Source: Candidatus Parcubacteria bacterium
GTDB taxonomy: Bacteria > Patescibacteriota > Minisyncoccia > UBA6257 > 2-01-FULL-56-20
Assembly: GCA_027450205.1 (NCBI GenBank)
Contig: DAIDJL010000004.1
Coordinates: forward strand, 139,932 to 203,931
DNA length: 64,000 nt
Reading direction: 5' to 3'
Position numbers and translations under genes: made by a program. The notes below the pieces were generated by a model, which saw only the letters and a program-made list of their open reading frames with translations, did no database searches and was not told the origin of the DNA. This document shows, piece by piece, positions 1 to 9,029 of the stretch (the first letter of the stretch is position 1; each line of letters begins with the position of its first letter).

Positions 1-288
1 GCTGAAGAACTCGGCTTTATCGGCGCCGGCGCGCTCGTTGCGCTTTTTGCGATCGTCACGTTCCGCATGTTCTGGCTGGCGAAACGCGCCGGCGACCGGT
101 TCGGCCAGCTCATATTGATCGGCTTCGGCACGGTCATCGCCCTGCAGGCATTCGTCAATATGGCGTCCATCTCCGGCGTCATTCCGCTCACCGGCGTGCC
201 GTTGCCATTCGTAAGCTATGGCGGTACCGCGCTTGCGGTCTTCATCACGATGGGCGGCATATCGCTGAACGTCACAAGGTATAATTAA
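1..288 (+). CDS. ftsW: FtsW/RodA-family SEDS peptidoglycan polymerase, C-terminal part (5' end outside window)
   Basis: EELGFIG at window start and PLTGVPLPFVSYGGT signature; directly upstream of murG. Confidence 0.9.
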   Translation, partial: AEELGFIGAGALVALFAIVTFRMFWLAKRAGDRFGQLILIGFGTVIALQAFVNMASISGVIPLTGVPLPFVSYGGTALAVFITMGGISLNVTRYN

Positions 289-312
289 CGGAACGGCAAT
301 CATTAAAAGATC

Positions 313-1443
313 ATGGAAAAATTTCGCGTGGTGTTCACGGGCGGGGGGAGCGGGGGACATATCTATCCGATCATTGCAGTGGTGGAGGCGCTGCAAAAAC
401 GGCTGACCGCGCTCAATGCGCCAGCGGAGTTTTTATATCTCGGCCCGAAGGATGAGTATAGTGCGCTCCTTGCCGGGCACGGCATTGCCGTCCATCCGAT
501 CGCTGCGGGAAAGCTGCGCCGCTACATGTCCGTGCAAAATTTTCTGGACGCGCCAAAATTTTTGATCGGATTCATCCAGGCGCTGTGGAAGCTATTTTTC
601 ATTATGCCGGACGTTGTTTTTTCCAAAGGCGGCACCGGGGCCCTGCCCGTCGTTGTTGCCGCGTGGTTCTATCGCATCCCTGTTGCCATCCATGATTCCG
701 ACGCTCAGCCCGGGCTCACCAATGTCACTTCCGGCCGCTTTGCCACGCGCGTGTTTCTGAGCTTCGCCCGCGCCGCCGCGTTCTTCCGTGCCGATAAAGC
801 GGCGGTCGTGGGGTCGCCTCTCCGGGCGGAACTGCTTGGTGAGCGCGTTTCACGCGAGGCAGCAAAAGAGATCATGGGATTTGATAAGACCCAGCCGCTC
901 GTACTGATCCTCGGGGGTTCGCAGGGTGCGATGCGTATCAATGAATTCGTGCTTGCGAACATTCAGCAATTTATCGGCCTTGCGTCGGTTCTGCACCAGA
1001 CGGGTGCCGGCAACTTTGCGGAAGTGGAAAGGTTGGCCAAGGTGGCGCTTGCGGATGCGCCGGTATCATTCCGTTATGTGCCGGTGCCGTATTTAAAAGA
1101 CACCGACATGCTGACCGCGCTCTGTGCCGCGGACATTGTCGTGGCACGCTCCGGCAGTTCGGTGTGCGAGTTCGCATCGTTCGGCCTTCCCGCGATCCTT
1201 ATCCCGCTTACCGAATCCGCCAATGACCATCAGCGTGTGGATGCCTACGAGTTCGCCAGCGCCGGCGCGGCGGTCGTCATTGAAGAGGCGAATCTTTTGC
1301 CCGGCATCTTCTTCACCCAGCTCAAAACCATTCTGACCGACAATGACCTGCGCGCCAAGATGAGCGCCGCCTCGCTCGCGTTCTTTATCCCCGGCGCTGC
1401 GGAAAAGATCGCGGAGGGGCTGATGATGATAAGCTCGAAGTAG
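313..1443 (+). CDS. murG: UDP-GlcNAc:lipid I N-acetylglucosaminyltransferase
   Basis: TGGGSGGHIYP, KGG, GGSQGA and HQ motifs. Confidence 0.95.
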   Translation: MEKFRVVFTGGGSGGHIYPIIAVVEALQKRLTALNAPAEFLYLGPKDEYSALLAGHGIAVHPIAAGKLRRYMSVQNFLDAPKFLIGFIQALWKLFFIMPDVVFSKGGTGALPVVVAAWFYRIPVAIHDSDAQPGLTNVTSGRFATRVFLSFARAAAFFRADKAAVVGSPLRAELLGERVSREAAKEIMGFDKTQPLVLILGGSQGAMRINEFVLANIQQFIGLASVLHQTGAGNFAEVERLAKVALADAPVSFRYVPVPYLKDTDMLTALCAADIVVARSGSSVCEFASFGLPAILIPLTESANDHQRVDAYEFASAGAAVVIEEANLLPGIFFTQLKTILTDNDLRAKMSAASLAFFIPGAAEKIAEGLMMISSK

Positions 1444-1489
1444 GGAGTCCCTAGCCCATTCCTCATTTTCGTGCTAAAATAGGGGAGTT

Positions 1490-2986
1490 ATGGAAGCTGC
1501 CGCGCCGAAAATTGCAGGAAAATCGATTCGGGTGCGCTTTGCGCCGAGTCCGACGGGACCGATCCACGTCGGCAGCGTCCGCACGGCGCTTTTCAGCTGG
1601 CTGTTCGCGCGCAAGTATGGCGGTACGTTCGTGCTGCGTATCGAGGACACCGACAAAGTACGCTCTGAAAAACGCTACGACGACGAACTGCTCCAGGGGC
1701 TTTCCTGGCTTGGGTTGGATTGGGATGAAGGTCCGGAACCGATCGGCGCGGGCGGCCAGTTGCCGCTCGGCGGCGAGCGCGGTGAGTTCGGCCCGTACCG
1801 CCAAAGCGAGCGCACGGAGATCTATAAAAAATATTTACGGCAGCTGCTTGAGAGCGGCGACGCGTATTATTGCTACTGCAGCAAGGAAGATATCGAAGCG
1901 CAGCGCCAGATGATGCTTGCGCAGGGGCTCCCGCCGAAGTACGGCGGCCATTGCCGCAATCTTGCAGCGCCGCCGGAGGGTAAGAAGCCGGAGGTCATCC
2001 GTTTCAAGATTCCGGAAATAAAAATTGAGTTCAAGGATCTGGTGCGCGGAAAGGTCATGTTCGACGCCGCGCTTTTCGGGGACATCATCATCGCGAAGGA
2101 TCTCGATAGTCCGCTCTATAACTTTGCGGTCGTGGTGGATGACGCGCTCATGCAGATCTCGCACGTGATCCGTGCGGAGGATCATCTCTCCAACACGCCG
2201 AAGCAGATCCTGATGCAGCGTGCGCTCGGGTTCGCGGAACCGGTCTATGCGCACATTCCGCTCATCCTCAACGCCGACCGGAGCAAGATGTCCAAGCGGT
2301 TTGCCGACCTGGCATTGCTCAATTACCGCGAGCGGGGATACGTGCCGGATGCGATGGTCAATTTTTTGGCGTTGCTCGGCTGGCATCCGAAGGGCGACAA
2401 AGAAGTGCTCTCGCGCGAGGAGCTGATCGCGGAGTTCGATATTGATCGCGTTCAGCAGTCAGGCGCGGTATTCAATGAGGAAAAATTGGATTGGCTGAAC
2501 CGCGAGCATATCAAAGCGATGCCGGTGGCGGAAGTGGCGAAGCTCGCCGCACCGTTCTTTGCAAAGCACGGCATCACGGTGCTCGATGAAGTAATGCTCA
2601 AGCGCGTCATCGCCGTGCAGATCGCGCGCGCAAAGACGCTTGACGATCTTGCGGCTGCGAGTGCGTTCTTCTTCGCCGTGCCGGAATATGAGCCGAAGCT
2701 TTTGATCTGGAAGGATTCATCCACGCTCAGGGAAGTTGCCGAAGTGCTTGCGCATGTGCGCGGCGTGCTGGAAAAAATGTCGGCGGATGATTTCGACCAT
2801 GAGACCCTGGCCGGTTCGCTGCCGGTGATCGTCGGCGAGCGCGCAAGGGGAGTGGTACTGTGGCCGTTGCGTGTCTCGTTGTCCGGCCAGGCGAATTCGC
2901 CCGACCCGATCGAGATCATGGCAGTGCTTGGCCGCAATGAATCGCTTAAGCGCATTGATGCTGCCATCAAGAAGGCCGAGGCGTAG
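1490..2986 (+). CDS. gltX: Glutamate--tRNA ligase
   Basis: RFAPSPTG, HVGS (HIGH), LRIEDTD, KMSKR. Confidence 0.97.
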   Translation: MEAAAPKIAGKSIRVRFAPSPTGPIHVGSVRTALFSWLFARKYGGTFVLRIEDTDKVRSEKRYDDELLQGLSWLGLDWDEGPEPIGAGGQLPLGGERGEFGPYRQSERTEIYKKYLRQLLESGDAYYCYCSKEDIEAQRQMMLAQGLPPKYGGHCRNLAAPPEGKKPEVIRFKIPEIKIEFKDLVRGKVMFDAALFGDIIIAKDLDSPLYNFAVVVDDALMQISHVIRAEDHLSNTPKQILMQRALGFAEPVYAHIPLILNADRSKMSKRFADLALLNYRERGYVPDAMVNFLALLGWHPKGDKEVLSREELIAEFDIDRVQQSGAVFNEEKLDWLNREHIKAMPVAEVAKLAAPFFAKHGITVLDEVMLKRVIAVQIARAKTLDDLAAASAFFFAVPEYEPKLLIWKDSSTLREVAEVLAHVRGVLEKMSADDFDHETLAGSLPVIVGERARGVVLWPLRVSLSGQANSPDPIEIMAVLGRNESLKRIDAAIKKAEA

Positions 2987-3026
2987 ACCGGCACGTGTGG
3001 CGCTGTAAAATGTTATAATAAAAAAT

Positions 3027-3494
3027 ATGAAGAAGAACGTTTCGATGTTCTTTGCGCCGGCGGCTCCGGGCGTGGTTGCCGTCTTTATTTTGTCTTTATT
3101 TTTTACCGGCGCGCCGCAGGCACGCGCGTACGCGGTCGGTTCGACCGGGACCGCTCCTACGAACGGTTCCGGCGGTTATGATGTCGCCGGTTCGCTGCAG
3201 AATATCATTTCGCCGTTCACAAACTTCATAAATGAGCTCAAATTCAATAATAATACGACCATCAACACCAATGGCCAGGGGGTGCCGCTGCCACAGCCGA
3301 TCAATATGGGACCCGTCCTGCAGGACGGCGTGCAAAACATTTTGACCCAATGGTTCGGCCAATTTGATAACTGGTTTTACGGGATCTCGGGCGTACACTT
3401 GTCGGGGATATTTTATGCGATACTCAGTGTTTTTTCTTGGGCGCTTGGATTGGCAAAGAGCGTGGTGGATTGGCTATTGGGATTGTTTCATTAA
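3027..3494 (+). CDS. Hypothetical membrane/secreted protein
   Basis: Signal-peptide-like N-terminus, amphipathic C-terminus; TATAAT 7 nt before ATG. Confidence 0.75.
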   Translation: MKKNVSMFFAPAAPGVVAVFILSLFFTGAPQARAYAVGSTGTAPTNGSGGYDVAGSLQNIISPFTNFINELKFNNNTTINTNGQGVPLPQPINMGPVLQDGVQNILTQWFGQFDNWFYGISGVHLSGIFYAILSVFSWALGLAKSVVDWLLGLFH

Positions 3495-3637
3495 GACAGG
3501 AATAGAAGATCATTAAAGGTGAATTAAATGGTATTTTCCTATATATCTGACACAAAAGGTATATTGGGCGACAGATAAGACAAAACAAAGGCTCTATTCC
3601 CTAACGGCGCGGATTCAGGCAGAATAACCATACGCAT

Positions 3638-4285
3638 ATGTTAAAACGTATCGGTTTTATTTTTCTTGTGATCCTGGTGATCGCCATTGGCTACGATGTG
3701 GTCGCTTCCATAGGCAATGCCATCGGCGCGGGATCGTTTTCGTCATTCCTCCCGTCAATCGCCCCCGTCACCGGTGCCGATACCGCCGTCGGCGGGCTTA
3801 GGTCGATCAACTTCAGTATTTTCGATAAGGGCGGCGACGGCTACAAGTACATCACGCAGGGCTATGGCCGCACGCCATGGTCGTACATGTATATTGGCGG
3901 CTGGCATAACGGCATTGATATTGCCGCCGACTATGGCGCGCCCATCTATTCGCCTACCGACGGCGTTGTGGTCGCGACAGGCAACCAGGATAATTATTGT
4001 CCGCGCCGCGCATTCGGGCGTTTCGTTGTCGTGGAGGATGACACGAATCACCTCGTTCTGATGTTCGCGCACCTCGCCCAAATTCCGGTGGTGCCGCTCG
4101 AACAGGTCAAAAAGGGGCAGCTCATCGGCACCGTTGGCGCGACCGGCGACGAGACCGGTACGCATCTCCATTTCTCGATTTTCCAAAGCGGGAGCTTCAG
4201 TATGGCGCCTGCGCATGGCTGTGGTCCCTATCCGCAGGGACGCGACGTGAACCCACTTGATTTTTTGGGTTCAACATATCAGTAA
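3638..4285 (+). CDS. M23-family metallopeptidase with N-terminal membrane anchor
   Basis: HNGID (HxxxD), FAHL, TGTHLHF (HxH). Confidence 0.92.
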   Translation: MLKRIGFIFLVILVIAIGYDVVASIGNAIGAGSFSSFLPSIAPVTGADTAVGGLRSINFSIFDKGGDGYKYITQGYGRTPWSYMYIGGWHNGIDIAADYGAPIYSPTDGVVVATGNQDNYCPRRAFGRFVVVEDDTNHLVLMFAHLAQIPVVPLEQVKKGQLIGTVGATGDETGTHLHFSIFQSGSFSMAPAHGCGPYPQGRDVNPLDFLGSTYQ

Positions 4286-4287
4286 AT

Positions 4288-4313
4288 AAAATGGGAGGAC
4301 TTGCGGTCCTCCC
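4288..4313 (-). terminator. Rho-independent terminator of the minus-strand candidate ncRNA (may also end the M23 gene transcript)
   Basis: 8-bp stem GGGAGGAC/GTCCTCCC with a 5-nt loop, followed on the minus strand by ATTTTATTT. Confidence 0.75.
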
Positions 4314-4316
4314 GGT

Positions 4317-4585
4317 AAACCATATGAGCAGCGAGTTCTTCTCGCCTGATGACTGCCTTACAGCCTCTTTCTCAGTGCCTGCCTGAGTTTTTCGCTGGCC
4401 TCGAACCTCACCAATCGGCGGCTGTGCGCGAGCCGACTTTCAGCGGTTCTACGGATCGTTGTTTATGTGGACATCGCTGTCCTACAAACCGCAGCTCAGC
4501 TGATGGTACTTGATGTTGACCAGGTAAACAACCCCAGTGCATCCTTATGTCACCCTCATCCACGACTTCTGGGCCCATATGGTTT
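4317..4585 (-). ncRNA. Candidate structured ncRNA (~270 nt), family not recognised
   Basis: Ends pair as a 13-bp stem (AAACCATATGGGC / GCTCATATGGTTT); several internal hairpins; own promoter and terminator; no convincing ORF. Confidence 0.65.
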
Positions 4586-4594
4586 GCTATTGGC

Positions 4595-4623
4595 ATACTA
4601 CCGCAAAGGCAATATTTTTTCAA
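4595..4623 (-). promoter_or_regulatory. Sigma70-type promoter of the candidate ncRNA
   Basis: TTGAAA-17 nt-TAGTAT on the minus strand; predicted start a few nt before the closing stem. Confidence 0.65.
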
Positions 4624-4659
4624 CAACTTTAAAAAGGAGTTATAATGATATCCATCAGT

Positions 4660-6060
4660 ATGAGCATTTTCCCGCCAAAAAGGCCGTCCCTTCCCCGCGT
4701 CCATTTTATTGGTATCGGCGGCATCGGCATGAGCGGTTTAGCTCGATATTTCCTTGCCCATGGATGGTCTGTTTCGGGCTCTGACGCGACAAAGGGGGCA
4801 ATGACACAAGAGCTCATAAAAGACGGCGTAAAGGTCAAAATTGGGCATAAAAAGGGCAGTATACCGGCCGGTACGCAGCTGGTTATCTATAATAGGGCAA
4901 TTCTCCCGGATAACCCTGAATTGGTGGCCGCGGAGTCCGCCGCGCGGGCTGGTAAAGAAATCGTGGTTCTCCCCTATGCCAGGGCACTGGGGCGGATCAC
5001 GGAAGATTATCAGACGATCGCAATCACCGGTTCGCATGGCAAAAGCACCACCACCGCGCTTGCCGGGCTTGCGCTCATGCGCGCAGGACTGGATCCGACC
5101 ATTTTGGTCGGTACTAAAATGGCGGATCTCGGCGGAAAAAATATCCGAATCGGGCGCGGGCCGTATCTCGTGCTGGAAGCGGACGATTTTCACGCCGCGT
5201 TCCTGGACTACTCCCCTGCCATCGCGATCGTCACAAACATTGATCGCGAGCATATGGATTTTTATAAGACGTTTGCGAACGCCAAGCGCGCGTTTTTAAA
5301 ATTTTTGGCACGGACACGGCGCGGCGGCATATTGATTTTGAATCGTGACGACGCGCCGCTTTATTCGTTGCGCGCGGCAATATCGCGGCTGGCAAAAAAG
5401 CGCGAACTAAAGGTGGTCTGGTTCTCGCTGCGTGGTGATGCTACGGAAGCGCGGCGCATAAAAAAGGTCATTCCGATCTCCGGCGCGCACAATATTTCGA
5501 ACGCGCTTGCGGTGGCCAAGCTCGGCGCGATATTAAAAATTCCTGAAAAGAAAACTTTGGCGGCGATCGGTTCGTATCGCGGCGCGTGGCGGCGAATGGA
5601 GCTCAAGGGAACGTTAAAAAACACTAAAATCCCCGTCTACGACGATTATGCGCACCATCCGACGGAGATCCGCGCGACACTCGCCGCATTCAGGGAAAAA
5701 TTTCCGCGGTCGCCGCTGGTCTGTGTTTTTCAGCCGCATCAGGCAAAACGGTTGGAGCTGCTATTTAAAGATTTTGCGTCGGCGTTCGATGCGGCTGATA
5801 TCGTTTTCATCATGCCGCTCTATAAAGTGCTCGGGCGCGATGAAAAATATCCGCACGATTCCGAGGCCTTGGTAAAAGCGCTTATCGGGCGTACGCCAGA
5901 AAAGCCGGTATTCTACCTTCATCAGCCGGCAAGGGTGCGTGAGGCGGTCATGAAAGCGCTTCGCGACGTGCCCCTCGTAAAAAAATTCGCCCACTCCTCC
6001 GTTGTCGTAATGATGGGCGCCGGAGATATTTCCGATCTTACCGGCAGATTGTTAAAGTAA
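4660..6060 (+). CDS. murC: UDP-N-acetylmuramate--L-alanine ligase
   Basis: HFIGIGGIGMSGLA, GSHGKSTT, EAD, DDYAHHPTEI, FQPH; start taken downstream of TATAAT. Confidence 0.95.
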   Translation: MSIFPPKRPSLPRVHFIGIGGIGMSGLARYFLAHGWSVSGSDATKGAMTQELIKDGVKVKIGHKKGSIPAGTQLVIYNRAILPDNPELVAAESAARAGKEIVVLPYARALGRITEDYQTIAITGSHGKSTTTALAGLALMRAGLDPTILVGTKMADLGGKNIRIGRGPYLVLEADDFHAAFLDYSPAIAIVTNIDREHMDFYKTFANAKRAFLKFLARTRRGGILILNRDDAPLYSLRAAISRLAKKRELKVVWFSLRGDATEARRIKKVIPISGAHNISNALAVAKLGAILKIPEKKTLAAIGSYRGAWRRMELKGTLKNTKIPVYDDYAHHPTEIRATLAAFREKFPRSPLVCVFQPHQAKRLELLFKDFASAFDAADIVFIMPLYKVLGRDEKYPHDSEALVKALIGRTPEKPVFYLHQPARVREAVMKALRDVPLVKKFAHSSVVVMMGAGDISDLTGRLLK

Positions 6061-6065
6061 ATAAT

Positions 6066-6833
6066 ATGTTCGACGAATTCAAGGACCTCAATGATTTTAA
6101 GGAGCAATGCGGCTATACGATCGATGGCGACTGGTATCCGCGCGTTACGAAGATCGTGACGATCAAGGCGAAGCCGGCGCTCTATTATTATTACGGCGAG
6201 GCCAAGAGCTATCGCGCGGCGAAAGAGGCCACGGAACGATCGGCCGAAGAAGGTACGATGCTGCACGAAGCGGTGGAGGCGCTTTTGCTTGGTCACGACC
6301 GCGAGATTCCCGCCGAGGTCGCGCCCGCGGTGCGGTCGTTCCGGGAATTTTTTGAGAAGAATCATATCGAGGTGACACCTGATCGTGTGGAGCGGCGCAT
6401 CGTCAATCGCGATCATCGCTATGCCGGCACGGTGGATGCGATCGCGCGTATCGGCGGCAAGCTTGGCGTTTTGGATATCAAAACGTCGCAGTCCATCTAT
6501 CGCGACTATTGCCTGCAGACATCCGCGTACATGGACGCGCTCAGGAACGAATTCGAAGATCTTTCGACGCGCTGGATCTTAAAGATCGACCAGATACAAA
6601 AGTGCGTGCGGTGCGGCGCGATCCGGCGCGTGAAGGGCGGCCGTGAAAAGATCAAAACGGATTGGCGCAACGCGGCGATGCGCGGGTGCGTGCACGAATG
6701 GGGCGAGCTCTACGGCGACATTGAACTGAAGGAGTTTCCTTACTGGCAAAACGACTTCACTGCGTTCCTGGGCGCCAAGCGGCTGTGGGAATGGGAAAAC
6801 GAGGATTGGCTTAAAAAGGCGGCATATTTATAG
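6066..6833 (+). CDS. PD-(D/E)XK nuclease superfamily protein (Cas4-like / phage exonuclease-like)
   Basis: GTMLHE, YAGTVD...LDIKTS...LQTSAY motifs plus a CxxC insert. Confidence 0.8.
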   Translation: MFDEFKDLNDFKEQCGYTIDGDWYPRVTKIVTIKAKPALYYYYGEAKSYRAAKEATERSAEEGTMLHEAVEALLLGHDREIPAEVAPAVRSFREFFEKNHIEVTPDRVERRIVNRDHRYAGTVDAIARIGGKLGVLDIKTSQSIYRDYCLQTSAYMDALRNEFEDLSTRWILKIDQIQKCVRCGAIRRVKGGREKIKTDWRNAAMRGCVHEWGELYGDIELKEFPYWQNDFTAFLGAKRLWEWENEDWLKKAAYL

Positions 6834-7021
6834 GGAAAATCGGCTAAAAATAGGGCTGGATGGAACATCCACAGCGGCTCTTCCGTATCATCTTGCGGTA
6901 TGGATTATAATGAATGTTCAAAGGGAGCGGCGCATTCGAAAGGTCGAATATCACAAGACGGTGTGTTTCTCCTGTTGGTGACCAGTACTAAAAAACAAAA
7001 AATTATAATCATATCTCTATC

Positions 7022-7330
7022 ATGTCAAAGACCGTAAAAATAATTTTGTGGATCGTTGTTGTCGTGATCGTGGTTGGCGGAATCTGGTGGTGGATGGCAA
7101 GCCGGAGCGGAGGTCCGGTGAGCGAGAATTATACCGCCCCAACCTCCACCGCTGCCGGCGCGGCGTCCAGTACGGCGTCCAGCACGCAGACTGCTTACCC
7201 TCAGGGCAACTCAGATCAGGCAATTAATCAGGATATGACGAGTCTCAACGCCCAAATGAACGGGTTGAGCTCGGATAACGCGAGTGTGACTCAAAGCATG
7301 AACGATCAGCCCGTGCAGCAGGTACAATAG
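7022..7330 (+). CDS. Hypothetical membrane-anchored protein
   Basis: N-terminal TM helix, Ser/Thr/Ala linker, short helical C-terminus. Confidence 0.8.
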   Translation: MSKTVKIILWIVVVVIVVGGIWWWMASRSGGPVSENYTAPTSTAAGAASSTASSTQTAYPQGNSDQAINQDMTSLNAQMNGLSSDNASVTQSMNDQPVQQVQ

Positions 7331-7377
7331 CGCAACAAAGACCAGATACCAGATAAATGTAACTATATCAAACGATC

Positions 7378-8238
7378 ATGAATAAAAAATATCTTACCAT
7401 GGCCGCATCGATCGGAGCCGCGCTTGCGATCATTGCCGGAGCGGTATCTCCCGCCTTTGCGCTGGCAGGCGTCGGGCTTGGAGTGAGCGCGGGCGCATCC
7501 GGATCGGTGTCCGGCACCGGAGTAGGCGTCGGCGCCGCCATTAATGCCGCCCTTGCCACCCGTATTAAGAACATCACCACTCGTGCCGATGCGGAGATCA
7601 CCCGCCGTATCAATGCAATGAACGCGTTGAGTGCGCGGCTGAGCAACGTCATTCGTCTTTCAGCGACGGAGAAGAACGATCTCTCCGCTACGATACAGGC
7701 GCAGATCGCTGCGATGAATTCCCTGCAGGCGCAGATCGCTGCCGATGCCCAGGCGAACAATACAAGCAGCCTTAAGGCTGACGTGCAGTCCATCATCGCT
7801 TCATATCGCATTTTTGCGCTGATCCTTCCGCAGGCGACGATCGAAGCCGCAGGTGGCCGAGCTCTTACGATCGCGGGCATATTGACCAATCTTAGCGCCA
7901 AGCTTTCGGCGCGCATCTCGGAGGCGCAGACGGCCGGCAATAATACGACCGCCGCCGCTTCGGCCCTCGCCGACATGAACGCCAAGATCGCTGACGGTAA
8001 CACGCAGGCAAATGCGGCGATCGCGGGAGTTGTTTCGCTCAAGCCGGATAACGGCAATAAGACCGTCATGGCGTCAAATGAGGCGGCTTTGAAGGCTGCC
8101 CGCTCAAAGATCCAGGCGGCCCAACAGGATTTTGTTGCCGCGCGCACCGATGCGCTTGCGATCATCAAAGCTCTCAGGACCTTCAAGGTTTCCGCGGGCG
8201 CGAATGCTACCGCGACCGCTTCTACAAGCGTGCAATAA
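7378..8238 (+). CDS. Hypothetical secreted Ala-rich helical/coiled-coil protein
   Basis: Signal peptide (AFA-LA), heptad-like Ala-rich body. Confidence 0.85.
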   Translation: MNKKYLTMAASIGAALAIIAGAVSPAFALAGVGLGVSAGASGSVSGTGVGVGAAINAALATRIKNITTRADAEITRRINAMNALSARLSNVIRLSATEKNDLSATIQAQIAAMNSLQAQIAADAQANNTSSLKADVQSIIASYRIFALILPQATIEAAGGRALTIAGILTNLSAKLSARISEAQTAGNNTTAAASALADMNAKIADGNTQANAAIAGVVSLKPDNGNKTVMASNEAALKAARSKIQAAQQDFVAARTDALAIIKALRTFKVSAGANATATASTSVQ

Positions 8239-8251
8239 CGATCGATATATT

Positions 8252-8307
8252 AAAAAACTGCGGGTTTGCCTCTTGGGCATGATAGTCCGGCAAACCCGCA
8301 GTTTTTT
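8252..8307. terminator. Bidirectional terminator between convergent genes
   Basis: 19-bp inverted repeat AAAAAACTGCGGGTTTGCC/GGCAAACCCGCAGTTTTTT. Confidence 0.85.
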
Positions 8308-8319
8308 ATTTTTTGATCT

Positions 8320-9015
8320 TTATTGCCAGACAGTACTGACTGGGACGGTAGAAGAACTGCCGATGGTCGGCATGCTTGATGTTGATTCTACGATGGTGCC
8401 CACTTCTGCGGTCCAGGCGCTCGTGGAAGCATTGAGTCCGCCAAAGATCAGAACATCCTTGCCGAGCGGGCCGGGTGCACAGCCGTAATTGGCCGCATCG
8501 CCGGTAGCGGTAATGGGAAGGGTTCCGGTGAATGGCGTGCAGAGCGTGCCATCGCCAAGCTGCACGAGCCATGCCCAGTTATTGGGCGGAAGGCCGGGTG
8601 GGACCTGCGACGCCGGAAGCGCTTTGGTAAGTTTGAGTACGAATGTGGAAGTGGAGGCCGGCACGGTCGGGTTGATATCGCAGAGCAAGGTGCTTGTACT
8701 GCCCGGGATCTCAAAGCACGGGTCGCTGATGCTGTTTCCTACCGTACAGCGCCAGGCATCGGCTCGGAATGGGGCGGCGATGGAATTCGTCCAGCAGGAG
8801 CCGCTTTTCACCGGCGTGGAACTGGCGGGCGTCGGCGGAACATATGCGATGATCTGTGTGGCGGGCGTCGCCGGCGGGGTCTGCGAAGCGGTGGAGGTTG
8901 TTTGATTTACTATCGAAGGATTGATCGGTGCGAGGCCGGCAAAAAATTGTCCTACGCCAAAGAGCACAACGAGCGCGAGCACCACCACTACGACTATTTT
9001 ATTTGTTTTATTCAT
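8320..9015 (-). CDS. Hypothetical membrane-anchored protein with a 6-Cys extracellular domain
   Basis: N-terminal TM, Thr/Pro linker, CWTNS..AWRC..DPCF..LLC..LCT..YGC. Confidence 0.8.
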   Translation of the reverse strand: MNKTNKIVVVVVLALVVLFGVGQFFAGLAPINPSIVNQTTSTASQTPPATPATQIIAYVPPTPASSTPVKSGSCWTNSIAAPFRADAWRCTVGNSISDPCFEIPGSTSTLLCDINPTVPASTSTFVLKLTKALPASQVPPGLPPNNWAWLVQLGDGTLCTPFTGTLPITATGDAANYGCAPGPLGKDVLIFGGLNASTSAWTAEVGTIVESTSSMPTIGSSSTVPVSTVWQ

Positions 9016-9029
9016 TGTTGATTGATGAG

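Noticed and set aside
3495-3637. AT-rich intergenic stretch with a 16-codon ORF
   Set aside because: Too short, no structure or motif.
4317-4585. Retron msr-msd, RNase P RNA or tmRNA identity for the candidate ncRNA
   Set aside because: No reverse transcriptase nearby and the diagnostic RNase P and tmRNA sequences are not visible; left unassigned.
4408-4784. ORFs 4408-4704 (-) and 4467-4784 (+)
   Set aside because: They overlap murC or its promoter, lack motifs and SD, and the region is better explained as structured RNA.
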